Shown here piece by piece: positions 30,972-41,158 of a stretch of 64,000 nt of DNA. The DNA is from an uncultured Clostridia bacterium (lineage in GTDB: Bacteria; Bacillota; Clostridia; TANB77; CAG-508). The stretch covers positions 18,300-82,299 of the forward strand of contig CALXPS010000001.1 in the NCBI GenBank assembly GCA_944390405.1, in the 5' to 3' direction. How positions within the stretch are numbered: position 1 is the stretch's first letter; every line of letters begins with the position of its first letter. The position numbers and the translations under genes are program-made. The notes beneath the pieces are model-generated. The model was not told the DNA's origin and made no database searches. It worked only from the letters and a program-made list of their open reading frames with translations.

Positions 30972-31047
30972 ACACAGAACCAATAGATATTTGAAAAATT
31001 AAATCGTTAAGTTTATCTTAATTTGAGTTAATATTTCTCATACGACG

Positions 31048-31755
31048 TTGTTGAATAGAAAAGAGGAGATATTTATGAGTATTTTAGAATTTATTTTGAA
31101 TAATAAAAATTATTTAGAAGATTTAATTACAAGAAGTACATATCATTCAAATGCTATTGAAGGAAGTACACTTACTTATGCTGAAACTTATGCTATTCTT
31201 TACAATGACAATAGTTTTAAAATTGAAGGGAAAGAACCAAGGGAAATATATGAAGCTATTAATCATAAAAAAGCATTAGAATTAGTTTTTAAAAATTTAC
31301 AAGACAATGAAAAATTTGATGAAAGATTTATAAAAAAATTAAATGAAATCATAAATAGAGATATTAAAGATACTGAAGGCTATAGAACGGTACAAGTATT
31401 TATTCAAGGTAGTGAACATATTCCACCTGAGCCTGAAAAAGTGCCAAATTTAATGATGTATTATATATATAATTACAATCACGATGAACAAAATACATTT
31501 GCTAAAATTGCTAAATATCATATTGATTTTGAAAAAATACATCCTTTCGAAGATGGAAATGGAAGAACAGGAAGATTGCTTATAAATTACGAATTACTAA
31601 AAAATGATATTCCACCTGTTGTTATACTAAAAGAAGATAGAGTAAAATACTTTGAATTTTTGAAAAACGATGATTGTAATGGTCTAGCTGAATGGCTAAA
31701 AGAATTAGTAAATAAAGAAAAAGAAAGAATAGAGAAGTTTGGGTATAAAACATAA
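31048..31755 (+). CDS. Fic family protein (AMPylator) with intrinsic inhibitory motif; likely start 31075
   Basis: Fic motif HPFEDGNGRTGRLL; inhibitory (S/T)xxxE(G/N) as SNAIEG; AGAGGAG RBS before ATG 31075. Confidence 0.8.
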   Translation: MLNRKEEIFMSILEFILNNKNYLEDLITRSTYHSNAIEGSTLTYAETYAILYNDNSFKIEGKEPREIYEAINHKKALELVFKNLQDNEKFDERFIKKLNEIINRDIKDTEGYRTVQVFIQGSEHIPPEPEKVPNLMMYYIYNYNHDEQNTFAKIAKYHIDFEKIHPFEDGNGRTGRLLINYELLKNDIPPVVILKEDRVKYFEFLKNDDCNGLAEWLKELVNKEKERIEKFGYKT

Positions 31756-31830
31756 AAAAATTCTTCTCAAACACTTGATTTCTTTGTAAATTTATGATAT
31801 AGTTAAATAGCAATTAAATAATAAGGCAAA

Positions 31831-31860
31831 AGAGTGGGAAAAACCCACTCTTAACTTTTG
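31831..31860 (+). promoter_or_regulatory. Leader hairpin upstream of rimP-nusA-infB, a possible NusA-dependent attenuator
   Basis: AGAGTGGG-AAAAA-CCCACTCT followed by TAACTTTTG. Confidence 0.3.
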
Positions 31861-31880
31861 AAAATAAGGAGAAATGTGAA

Positions 31881-32339
31881 TTGGCTAAAATTGAGGATAA
31901 GGTGGAGAACCTAATTAAAACTAAAGTGCAGGAACTAGGATATAATCTTTATGATGTAGAATATGTAAAAGAGGGAAAGGATTATTTCCTACGTGTATAC
32001 ATTGATAAAGACAATGGTATAACTTTAGATGATTGTGAAATTGTAAGTAATGGAATTACAGAAATTTTAGATAATGCAGACTATATTAAAGAACAATATT
32101 TTTTAGAAGTTTCATCACCTGGCGTAGAACGTATTTTAAAAAAAGACAAACATTTAAAGAGCAATATTGGAGCTAATGTTCAAGTTAAACTATTTAAACC
32201 ACTTGATGGAAAAAAGCAATATGAAGGAATATTAAAAGATTTTGATAGTGATAATATTAAAATTGAAACAAGTTCACAAATATTAGAAATAGAAAGACAA
32301 AATATTGGACAAATAAAAACCATATTTGATTGGAATTAA
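31881..32339 (+). CDS. rimP: Ribosome maturation factor RimP
   Basis: RimP family; TTG start with AAGGAG RBS; precedes nusA. Confidence 0.85.
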   Translation: MAKIEDKVENLIKTKVQELGYNLYDVEYVKEGKDYFLRVYIDKDNGITLDDCEIVSNGITEILDNADYIKEQYFLEVSSPGVERILKKDKHLKSNIGANVQVKLFKPLDGKKQYEGILKDFDSDNIKIETSSQILEIERQNIGQIKTIFDWN

Positions 32340-32355
32340 GGAGGAATTTTAAAAA

Positions 32356-33465
32356 ATGAAAAGTAATGAAAACAAAGAATTAATAATGGCAATTGAAGAA
32401 TTAGAAAAAGAAAGAGGGATTGATAAAAACTATCTATTAGAATCATTAGAAGTTGCACTTACATCAGCATATAAAAAGAATTTTGATTCAGCAGATAATG
32501 TGAAAATAGAAATGGATCCTGAGACAGGAGAAATTCACATATATGCACAAAAAGAAGTAGTAGAAAAAGTAGAAGATGATAAATTACAAATATCATTAGA
32601 AGATGCAAAGAAAATAGAAAAAAAAGCAGAACTTGGAGATATTATAAATATTGAAACACAACCAAAAAATTTTGGAAGAATAGCAGCAGGAGCAGCAAAA
32701 CAACATATAATACAAAAGGTAAGAGAGGCAGAAAGAAATTTAATATTTAATGAATATAATGATAGAAAAGGTGAAATTGTAACAGGAATAGTACAAAAAG
32801 CAGATAAAGGAACAGTTATAATAGACTTAGGAAAACTAGAAGGTATAATGCCATTAAAGGAGCAAATACCAACAGAACATTATAAAGTAAATGATAAAAT
32901 AAAAGCATATGTATTAAGTGTAGAAAAAGGAATAAAAGGTATACCACAAGTATTAGTTACAAGAAGCCATCCAGATGTTATAAAGAAATTATTCGAATTA
33001 GAAATACCAGAAATATATGAAGGACTAATAGAAGTAAAAGCTGTATCAAGAGATCCAGGGTATAGAAGTAAAGTTGCAGTTTATTCAAAAAATCCAGATA
33101 TCGACCCAGTAGGCTCTTGTGTAGGTTCAAAAGGAATAAGAATACAAAATATAATAAATGAAATGAATGGCGAAAAAATAGATGTTATAGAATGGAATGA
33201 AGATCCAGCAACATTCATATGTTCAGCTTTATTACCTTCACATGTAATGGCAATTGATATAAAAGAAGATGAAAAATTTGCACAAGTTATAGTTCCAGAT
33301 GAAGAACTATCATTAGCAATTGGAAAAGGCGGACAAAATGCTCGCTTAGCTGTAAGACTTACAAATTGGAAAATTGATATAAAAAGTGAAACACAATATA
33401 GAGAATTAATGGCATATGAAGAAAGCAAAAAGGAAGAAAAAAACCAAGAAGGAAATGAAGAATAA
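32356..33465 (+). CDS. nusA: Transcription termination/antitermination factor NusA
   Basis: N-terminal domain, S1 domain, two KH domains (GKGGQNARLA). Confidence 0.95.
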   Translation: MKSNENKELIMAIEELEKERGIDKNYLLESLEVALTSAYKKNFDSADNVKIEMDPETGEIHIYAQKEVVEKVEDDKLQISLEDAKKIEKKAELGDIINIETQPKNFGRIAAGAAKQHIIQKVREAERNLIFNEYNDRKGEIVTGIVQKADKGTVIIDLGKLEGIMPLKEQIPTEHYKVNDKIKAYVLSVEKGIKGIPQVLVTRSHPDVIKKLFELEIPEIYEGLIEVKAVSRDPGYRSKVAVYSKNPDIDPVGSCVGSKGIRIQNIINEMNGEKIDVIEWNEDPATFICSALLPSHVMAIDIKEDEKFAQVIVPDEELSLAIGKGGQNARLAVRLTNWKIDIKSETQYRELMAYEESKKEEKNQEGNEE

Positions 33466-33758
33466 TGAAAAAAGCCTTTCAAAGAAAATGCATGGCATGT
33501 AATACTAAAAAAGATAAATATGACTTAATTAGAATTGTGAGAAATCCGAATGGAGAAATTCTTATTGATAAATTAGGTAACTTAGATGGACGAGGAGCAT
33601 ATATATGTAACAATATAGATTGTTTAGAAAAAGTTATTAAAACAAATAGAATTGGAAGAGTTCTAAAAAGTAATATAGACAAAAAAATTTATGAAGATAT
33701 AAGGGGTGTAATTATTGATAACGGAGAAAAAAATCAAAACAGTAAGAAAAGCAAATAA
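33465..33758 (+). CDS. ylxR: YlxR (DUF448) RNA-binding protein
   Basis: RKCMACNTKKDKYDLIRIV motif; nusA-infB position. Confidence 0.75.
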   Translation: MKKAFQRKCMACNTKKDKYDLIRIVRNPNGEILIDKLGNLDGRGAYICNNIDCLEKVIKTNRIGRVLKSNIDKKIYEDIRGVIIDNGEKNQNSKKSK

Positions 33759-33766
33759 ATTAGGAG

Positions 33767-36664
33767 GTGAGATTATTGGGAAATAAAACAAAAATTCATG
33801 AAATAGCAAAAAAAATAGGAGTATCAAGTAAAGAAGTTCTAGAAAGAGCACATTCTTTGGGTATAGAAGCATCATCACATTTAAGTGGAGTTGAAGATGA
33901 TGAAGCAAAAAAAATAGAAGAAAGTTTTGGAAAAGTAGATAATACAGATGTGAAAAAAACTGAGGAAAAGCCAAAAAAACAAAAAGAAGTAAAAGCAAAA
34001 AAAGAGCCAAAAGAACAACCTGTAATAATTAGAAGACAGGTAATCTTAGAAGATAGCGAAGAAAAAAATAAAAAAGCAAAAAAACAAGAAAGTGCTAGAA
34101 ATAGAGGTATTGGTGTTGTAGAGCGTGATAGAAACAAAGATTACAATATAGTATATAGAAACAAACAAACAAAACCTCTTACTGTGAGTGAACTTTTTGG
34201 CAAAAAAGAAGAATCAAAACAAGAAGAACCAAAAGAATCTGACAATATGAAACCAGTGGAAACAGAAGTGGTAGAAACAACCCAAGAAAAATCCAAACCA
34301 GAAGAAAAAAATTATAATAAAGAAAATCAGAATAAAAATTATAATAATAGAAATTATAATAATAATTATAACAATAATAATTACAACAATCAAAGAAGAC
34401 CATTTAATTATAATAATCAAGATAATAGAAACTACAATAACAGAAATAATAATGGCTTCCATCAAAATAATTTCAACAATAGAAATAATAATTTCAATAA
34501 AGATAGACAAGGCAATAACAATAGACCATTTAATAATAGAAACAATGGAAACTACAACAGACTAAACAGATCTCTTGATGAAAGGGGTATTGAAAAAAAT
34601 ATTAAAAATATAATGGCATCTGATGTTGTTGAAAAAGAAAGTGTAAGAGAATATTCAAACAGAGCAATAGACAAACAAAAAAATAATAGCAGATATGATG
34701 ACAACAGAATGACTAAAAAGAATAAAAACAGAAGAAACAATTACGATGAAATAAGTAGTCATAAACTTAAAGATTTAAAACAAGAAAAGGGACTTTCAAA
34801 TATGTTTACAGAAGGTTCAATGTTAGATTATTATGACCTAACTACTGCTAGAGGAAAAAAGAGCAAAAAGAAAAACAACAATCAAGAAGAAAGAAACAAA
34901 CAAAAAATATTCCAATTAACAGAAATAACAATACCAGAAACAATTACAGTAAAAGACTTAAGTACAGAATTAAAGAAAACAAGCAGTGAAATTATAAAAA
35001 AACTATTAGGTTATGGAATAATGGCAACAATTAATAATGAGGTTGATTTTGATACAGCTTTCTTAATAGCACAAGAATTTGGAATAACTGCACATAAAAA
35101 AGAAGTTGTAACAGATGAAGACATCCTATTTGATGATAGTGAGGATAATCCAGAGGATTTAAAACCAAGACCACCAGTAATAGTAGTTATGGGACACGTA
35201 GATCATGGTAAAACATCATTATTAGATGCTGTAAGATCAACAAACGTAATTGAAGGTGAAGCTGGAGGAATTACACAACATATAGGTGCATACAAAGTAA
35301 AAATAAATGATAGAGAAATAACATTCCTAGACACCCCAGGACATGAAGCATTTACATCAATGCGTGCTAGAGGTGCACAAATAACAGATATAGCAATACT
35401 AGTAGTTGCAGCTAATGATGGAGTAATGCCACAAACAATAGAAGCAATAAATCATGCCAAAGCAGCAGGAATACCAATTATAGTAGCAATTAATAAAATA
35501 GATGTTGACGGTGCAAATATTGATAGAGTAAAACAAGAATTGATGGAATATGAATTAGTACCAGAAGAATGGGGAGGAGACACAATATTTGTTCCAATTT
35601 CAGCAAAGAAAAAACAAAACATAGAAACATTATTAGAAATGGTATTATTAGTTGCAGACATGCAAGAATTAAAAGCAAATCCTAAAAAACAAGCAAAAGG
35701 TGTTGTAATAGAAGCAAAATTAGATAAAACAAAAGGAGCAGTTGCAACAATGCTTGTACAACGTGGAACATTAGATGTTGGAGATACAATCTTAGTTGGT
35801 TCTACAATTGGTAGAATAAGAACTATGACAGATGAAAAAGGTAAGAAATTAAAAAAAGCCGGACCATCTACACCAGTTGAAATAACAGGATTTACAGAAG
35901 TACCAGAAGCAGGTGAAACATTCTATGAAGTAAAAGATGAAAAAACAGCAAAACACTTAATGGAAAAAAGAAAACGTCAAGCAAGAGATAAAGCATTAAA
36001 TGCTACTAAGAGAGTAACATTAGATGATTTATTTAATCAGATAGAAAAAGGAAATCTAAAACAGTTAAACATAATTGTAAAAGCAGACGTGCAAGGTTCT
36101 GTAGAAGCTGTAAAACAATCATTAGAAAAATTATCTAATGATGAGGTAAAAGTAAAAGTAATACATGCAAATGTTGGTGCTGTTACAGAAACAGATGTTA
36201 CACTTGCAAAAGTTTCAAATGCTATAATAATTGCATTTAATGTAAGACCAGAACCATTGGCAAAAGATATGGCAGAAAAAGACCAAGTAGAAATAAAACT
36301 ATATTCTGTAATTTATAATGCAATAGAAGATGTTGAAGCAGCTATGAAAGGAATGTTAGACCCAGTATATAAAGAAGCGATAATAGGAAATGCAGAAGTA
36401 AGACAAACATTTAAAATATCAAATGTTGGAACAATTGCAGGATGTTATGTAACAAATGGTAAAGTAGCAAGAAATGCTGGAGTAAGAGTATTAAGAAATA
36501 ATGTCGTAATACATGAAGGTAAATTAATTTCATTAAAAAGAATGAAAGATGATGTAAAAGAAGTAGCAGCAGGATACGAATGTGGTGTGCAACTTGAAAA
36601 CTTTAATGATATACAAGAAGGAGATGTTATTGAGGCTTTTGTTATGGAACAGATTAATAAGTAA
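33767..36664 (+). CDS. infB: Translation initiation factor IF-2 with a ~100-aa Asn/Tyr-rich low-complexity insertion; likely start TTG 33776
   Basis: G domain [26 protein letters not shown]; AGGAGGTG RBS 6 nt before TTG 33776. Confidence 0.95.
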   Translation: MRLLGNKTKIHEIAKKIGVSSKEVLERAHSLGIEASSHLSGVEDDEAKKIEESFGKVDNTDVKKTEEKPKKQKEVKAKKEPKEQPVIIRRQVILEDSEEKNKKAKKQESARNRGIGVVERDRNKDYNIVYRNKQTKPLTVSELFGKKEESKQEEPKESDNMKPVETEVVETTQEKSKPEEKNYNKENQNKNYNNRNYNNNYNNNNYNNQRRPFNYNNQDNRNYNNRNNNGFHQNNFNNRNNNFNKDRQGNNNRPFNNRNNGNYNRLNRSLDERGIEKNIKNIMASDVVEKESVREYSNRAIDKQKNNSRYDDNRMTKKNKNRRNNYDEISSHKLKDLKQEKGLSNMFTEGSMLDYYDLTTARGKKSKKKNNNQEERNKQKIFQLTEITIPETITVKDLSTELKKTSSEIIKKLLGYGIMATINNEVDFDTAFLIAQEFGITAHKKEVVTDEDILFDDSEDNPEDLKPRPPVIVVMGHVDHGKTSLLDAVRSTNVIEGEAGGITQHIGAYKVKINDREITFLDTPGHEAFTSMRARGAQITDIAILVVAANDGVMPQTIEAINHAKAAGIPIIVAINKIDVDGANIDRVKQELMEYELVPEEWGGDTIFVPISAKKKQNIETLLEMVLLVADMQELKANPKKQAKGVVIEAKLDKTKGAVATMLVQRGTLDVGDTILVGSTIGRIRTMTDEKGKKLKKAGPSTPVEITGFTEVPEAGETFYEVKDEKTAKHLMEKRKRQARDKALNATKRVTLDDLFNQIEKGNLKQLNIIVKADVQGSVEAVKQSLEKLSNDEVKVKVIHANVGAVTETDVTLAKVSNAIIIAFNVRPEPLAKDMAEKDQVEIKLYSVIYNAIEDVEAAMKGMLDPVYKEAIIGNAEVRQTFKISNVGTIAGCYVTNGKVARNAGVRVLRNNVVIHEGKLISLKRMKDDVKEVAAGYECGVQLENFNDIQEGDVIEAFVMEQINK

Positions 36665-36686
36665 AGTAATTACATTACTTTACTTA

Positions 36687-36734
36687 TTAATGAATAATGA
36701 ATAGTGAATAGTGAATAGTGAATAATTAATAATT
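36687..36734 (+). repeat. Stop-codon-dense AT repeat, copy A (TTAATGAATAATGAATAGTGAATAGTGAATAGTGAATAATTAATAATT)
   Basis: Heptamer TGAATAG periods give TAA/TGA/TAG in all three frames; immediately after the infB stop and hairpin. Confidence 0.8.
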
Positions 36735-36742
36735 TTGGTGAG

Positions 36743-37123
36743 GTGTGGAGAATGCAGAAGAGTACGGGTTCTAATCGTATGGGTAGAGTAAATGAGGAAT
36801 TAAAGAGAGAGTTGAGTAATATAATTAATTATGAGGTCAAGAACTCTAATGTGACGGGGATGATTAGTGTTACAAAGGTGAAAACATCGCCTGACTTAAA
36901 GTATGCTAGAGTAAGTGTGAGTATTTTGAATTCAAGAAATATAAAGCAAACTTTAGCAGGGTTAAAAGCCGCTTCTGGCTTTATAAGAAGCAGAATAGCT
37001 GAGACGATGAATTTAAGAGTAACACCAGAACTTGTTTTTGAATTAGATGAAAGTCTAGTATATGGAGAAAAAATAGATAAGATTTTAGAAGAAGTAATGA
37101 AAGATATAAAAACAGATGACTAA
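36743..37123 (+). CDS. rbfA: Ribosome-binding factor A
   Basis: RbfA family; conserved position after infB. Confidence 0.85.
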   Translation: MWRMQKSTGSNRMGRVNEELKRELSNIINYEVKNSNVTGMISVTKVKTSPDLKYARVSVSILNSRNIKQTLAGLKAASGFIRSRIAETMNLRVTPELVFELDESLVYGEKIDKILEEVMKDIKTDD

Positions 37124-37166
37124 ATAATTATCAAAAGCCAAATGATGGCAGAAATGAGAGGTAAAA

Positions 37167-38120
37167 ATGACTTTAGATAATATAAAGGAAGAAATACTAA
37201 ATAGTAAGAATATAGTTATATTAACGCATGAAGTGCCAGATGGAGATGCAATTGGCAGTAGTTTAGCAATGTATATTGGATTAAAACAATTAGAAAAAGA
37301 CGTAGATGTTGTTATACCAAAGTTTTCTAAAACATATAAATTCTTACCAGCAGTAGATGAAATAAAAGAGCAGGGAAGAATGGAAACTTATGATTTAGCA
37401 ATAGCATTAGATTGTGGAGATATAAAAAGACTTAATGGATTTTCAAGATACTTTGAATACGCAAATTGCAAAATATCAATAGACCATCATGAAGCTAATA
37501 CAATGTTTGCCGATTATAATTTCGTAAATCCTACAGCACCAGCATGTGCACAAATATTAATAACTGTTTTAAAAGCACTAGGCATAGAAATTACAAAAGA
37601 TATTGGAACATGTTTACTTACAGGAATTATCACAGACACAGGAGGATTTAGATATCAAAATGTAAAACCAGAAACATTTGAATTTGCTGCTGAACTTTTA
37701 ACAAGAGGTGTAAATGTATCAGAAATTTATAAAAAAGCATTGCAAACAATTCCAATAGAAAAATTTGAATTAAGAAAAATAGCAATGAATAGAGTAGAAA
37801 TATTAGAAGAAGGTAAAATAGCATTTACATATATAACAAAAAAAGATGAAGAAAAAACTAAATCAGAAGACCATGATGGAATTGTTGAAATAGGAAGAGA
37901 TATTGAAGGAGTAGAAGTTTCTATATTCTTAAGAGAAACAGGTGAAAATGAATACAAAATTTCATTACGATCTAATGAAAATGTAAATGTGTCAGATATA
38001 TGCCTTATGTTTAATGGAGGAGGACATATGAGAGCAGCTGGAGGAACAATAAATTTACCTTTCGAAAAGGCAAAAGAAAAAATTATAGCAGAATGTAAAA
38101 AACACTTATCTGAAAACTAA
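37167..38120 (+). CDS. nrnA: DHH-family phosphoesterase NrnA (oligoribonuclease / pAp phosphatase)
   Basis: DHH motifs HEVPDGDAIGS and IDHHEAN; DHHA1 GGGH. Confidence 0.8.
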   Translation: MTLDNIKEEILNSKNIVILTHEVPDGDAIGSSLAMYIGLKQLEKDVDVVIPKFSKTYKFLPAVDEIKEQGRMETYDLAIALDCGDIKRLNGFSRYFEYANCKISIDHHEANTMFADYNFVNPTAPACAQILITVLKALGIEITKDIGTCLLTGIITDTGGFRYQNVKPETFEFAAELLTRGVNVSEIYKKALQTIPIEKFELRKIAMNRVEILEEGKIAFTYITKKDEEKTKSEDHDGIVEIGRDIEGVEVSIFLRETGENEYKISLRSNENVNVSDICLMFNGGGHMRAAGGTINLPFEKAKEKIIAECKKHLSEN

Positions 38121-38158
38121 TTTAGCTTTATTCATATAAGTAAGAGGAAGTTATAAAA

Positions 38159-39004
38159 ATGGATGGAGTTTTAATAATAAACAAACCAAAGGGGTATACC
38201 TCACATGATATAGTAAATATAGTAAAAAAAGAGCTAAATATAACCAAGGTAGGTCATGCAGGAACTCTTGACCCAAATGCTACAGGAGTTTTACCAGTGT
38301 TGATAGGAAATGCAACTAAGATATCTAAATATTTGATTGAACATGATAAAGTATATATTGCAGAATTAAAACTAGGAGAAAAAAGTTCAACAGGGGATTT
38401 AGAAGGTGAAATTATAGAAAAAAAGAGTGTACCCAAACTAAATGAAGATCAAATAAAAGATACTCTAAAATTATTTCTAGGAAAACAACAACAAATACCT
38501 CCTATGTATTCTTCTATAAAAATAAATGGCAAGAAAGCATATGAGTATGCACGTAAAGGTTTAAAAGTAGAAATGGAACCAAGAGAGATTGAAATAATGA
38601 ATATATCTTTAATGAAATTTCAAGATAATATTATAACTTTTAAAGTAAAATGTTCGAAAGGGACATATATACGTGTATTATGTGAAGACATTGCTAAAAG
38701 TCTTGGAACAGTTGGATTAATGAAAGAATTATGTAGAATAAAAGTAAATGAGTTTGATATAAAAAATTCTGTTACTTTAGATGATATAAAAAATGGAAAT
38801 GTACAAGTTATAAATATAGAAGAAATATTTAAATTGCAATCTTGTATAAAACTAAATAATAGAGAAACTAAACTTTTTCTAAATGGAGTGAAACTTTCTA
38901 ATAATAAATTAGATGGATTATATCGAGTATATAATAATAACGTTTTCTTAGGATTAGGAATAGTAAGCAATAACTTACTAAAAAGAGATGTTATAATAAT
39001 ATAG
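38159..39004 (+). CDS. truB: tRNA pseudouridine(55) synthase TruB
   Basis: GVLIINKPKGYTSHD; catalytic GHAGTLDP. Confidence 0.9.
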   Translation: MDGVLIINKPKGYTSHDIVNIVKKELNITKVGHAGTLDPNATGVLPVLIGNATKISKYLIEHDKVYIAELKLGEKSSTGDLEGEIIEKKSVPKLNEDQIKDTLKLFLGKQQQIPPMYSSIKINGKKAYEYARKGLKVEMEPREIEIMNISLMKFQDNIITFKVKCSKGTYIRVLCEDIAKSLGTVGLMKELCRIKVNEFDIKNSVTLDDIKNGNVQVINIEEIFKLQSCIKLNNRETKLFLNGVKLSNNKLDGLYRVYNNNVFLGLGIVSNNLLKRDVIII

Positions 39005-39080
39005 AATGTTATAATTGAAAAAAGTATTGCAAAAAAATTGATTATATAATAAAATTAAAATATAAATTATTTAATTAATT

Positions 39081-39566
39081 TTGAAGGGAGGGAAACAAAA
39101 GATGTTTGGGTATTTTATTACAGCACTTGCAGGAATATTTTGGATATTTAGATTAATTGTTGCATTAATGTTTACTACAGATGCAAGCTTTCCAATAGTA
39201 CCAATAAATATGACATTTGAGATAATCGTATTATTTGTAACTTTTGTATGTATAATTTTTATAGCAAAAGAAAAAATGATAGGAGCCGTAATATATTTAA
39301 TTGCACAATGTGCATATTTTGGAGTAGATGCATATAAAGCACTAGAGGTTATAACATCTGGTCAAGCTGTGCAAACATCAAATTATATAACACTATTTAT
39401 ATCATTTATAGCTATAATAATACCAGTACTTGCAATTATGAACATTGGATTAAGTAGTGGTAAAAAAGGTAGTATGAAAAATAGAAAAACCGATTGGTTT
39501 TATGGGACAACAGACTATGACAGAAATCTTGATGATAGAGCAGATAAAAATCAATATAAATTTTAG
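39081..39566 (+). CDS. Hypothetical membrane protein (four TM segments)
   Basis: Hydrophobicity only. Confidence 0.4.
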   Translation: MKGGKQKMFGYFITALAGIFWIFRLIVALMFTTDASFPIVPINMTFEIIVLFVTFVCIIFIAKEKMIGAVIYLIAQCAYFGVDAYKALEVITSGQAVQTSNYITLFISFIAIIIPVLAIMNIGLSSGKKGSMKNRKTDWFYGTTDYDRNLDDRADKNQYKF

Positions 39567-39650
39567 TTATAACGTGTATGGGCGAGCAGTGTTCGTCCAT
39601 TTTTCAAAAAACTGATAACAAAATAACTATTTAAGGAGGCAGTAATAAAG

Positions 39651-40547
39651 ATGAATGATAATTGGCAAAATTCGACCAATATTAATTGGTATCCAGGGCA
39701 TATGCTAAAAACAAAGAAACAGATAATGGAGGACTTAAAGTTAATAGATGTAATTATTGAAATACTAGATGCACGTATACCACTTGCTAGTCAAAATCCT
39801 GATATAAAGCAAATAACAGCGAATAAAAAGAAAATAATTGTATTAAATAAAAGTGATTTAGCAAATGAAGCTGAAACAAAAAAATGGATAGAATTTTTTA
39901 AAAATCAAGGAATTATAGCAATTGCAACAGATTCAAACCTTGGAAAAGGTGTTAAAGAAACACTAAAATTAGTACAAGAAGTTATGCAAGAAAAATTAGA
40001 AAAAGCTAGTATGAAGGGAATAAAAAACAAAAACATTAGAATAATGATTTGTGGAATTCCAAATGTTGGTAAATCATCATTTATAAATAGAATGATAAAT
40101 AAGAAATCAGCAGAAGTGGGAAATAGACCAGGTGTTACAAAACAAAAACAATGGGTTAGAATATCAACAAATATAGAACTATTAGATACACCAGGTGTTT
40201 TATGGCCAAAATTCGAAAATCAAGATATATCTTTAAAATTAGCTTATACAGGAACAATTAAAGATGAGTTATTAGATAAAACAGAAATTGCATATAATTT
40301 GTTAAAATATTTAGAAAAAAACAATAAAAAAGAACTTTTTGAAAGATATAAATTGACAGACCAAGAAATTAATAGTATAATATCTGAAGATGATGATATA
40401 ATTAAGCTTATGTATTCAATTGCAAAAAAACGTGGTGCAATTATTTCAGGTGGAGAAATAGATTATGAGAGGACATCAGCTATAATATTAAACGATTTTA
40501 GAACTGGAAAAATAGGAAGAATAACATTGGAGAAGGTAGATGGATAA
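39651..40547 (+). CDS. rbgA: Ribosome biogenesis GTPase A (YlqF/RbgA)
   Basis: Circularly permuted GTPase: NKSDL precedes GIPNVGKSS; WYPGHM N-terminus. Confidence 0.85.
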   Translation: MNDNWQNSTNINWYPGHMLKTKKQIMEDLKLIDVIIEILDARIPLASQNPDIKQITANKKKIIVLNKSDLANEAETKKWIEFFKNQGIIAIATDSNLGKGVKETLKLVQEVMQEKLEKASMKGIKNKNIRIMICGIPNVGKSSFINRMINKKSAEVGNRPGVTKQKQWVRISTNIELLDTPGVLWPKFENQDISLKLAYTGTIKDELLDKTEIAYNLLKYLEKNNKKELFERYKLTDQEINSIISEDDDIIKLMYSIAKKRGAIISGGEIDYERTSAIILNDFRTGKIGRITLEKVDG

Positions 40548-40926
40548 TAGAGGAAAAGTAAATACAATGTCACCATTAACATGGGCATATATAGGAGATG
40601 CTGTATATGAATTATATATACGAAATCATCTAGTAGAAACAACAAATTTAAAGCCAAATAAATTGCATAAAGAATCTATAAATTTTGTGAAGGCAAAATC
40701 ACAAGCACAAATACTAAATGAATTAAATGAATATTTAACAGAAGAAGAAAAAGAAATAGTCCGTAGAAGTAGGAACACACAAAATCATCATCTACCTAAA
40801 AATGCAGATCCAACGGATTACATGTATTCAACAGCATTTGAAGGATTAATAGGATATTTATATTTATCAAAACAACAAGAAAGGTTAAATGAAATACTAA
40901 AAAAAGTACTAGAAATAAGAAAATGA
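40540..40926 (+). CDS. mrnC: Mini-ribonuclease 3 (MrnC)
   Basis: RNase III-like WAYIGDAVYELYIR motif in a ~130-aa protein. Confidence 0.75.
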   Translation: MDNRGKVNTMSPLTWAYIGDAVYELYIRNHLVETTNLKPNKLHKESINFVKAKSQAQILNELNEYLTEEEKEIVRRSRNTQNHHLPKNADPTDYMYSTAFEGLIGYLYLSKQQERLNEILKKVLEIRK

Positions 40927-40983
40927 TACTAAATAATAGCATGATGTTAGTACTGCTATGGTTTAACATCTGCATATAAACAT

Positions 40984-41058
40984 GGCCCGTTGGTCAAGCG
41001 GCTAAGACGCCACCCTCTCAAGGTGGAATCATGGGTTCGATTCCCGTACGGGTCACCA
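40984..41058 (+). tRNA. tRNA-Glu (anticodon CTC)
   Basis: GGCCCGTTGGTCAAGCGG... cloverleaf; anticodon loop CTCTCAA; 3' CCA encoded. Confidence 0.85.
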
Positions 41059-41070
41059 GAGGTTATTTTT

Positions 41071-41104
41071 TTAATGAATAGTGAATAATTAATAATTAAT
41101 AATT
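41071..41104 (+). repeat. Stop-codon-dense AT repeat, copy B
   Basis: TTAATGAATAGTGAATAATTAATAATTAATAATT directly after tRNA-Glu. Confidence 0.75.
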
Positions 41105-41158
41105 GAGGTGGCAAAAATGTTTTACATTTTTGCTGTTTAATTTATTAGGAGTAAAATT

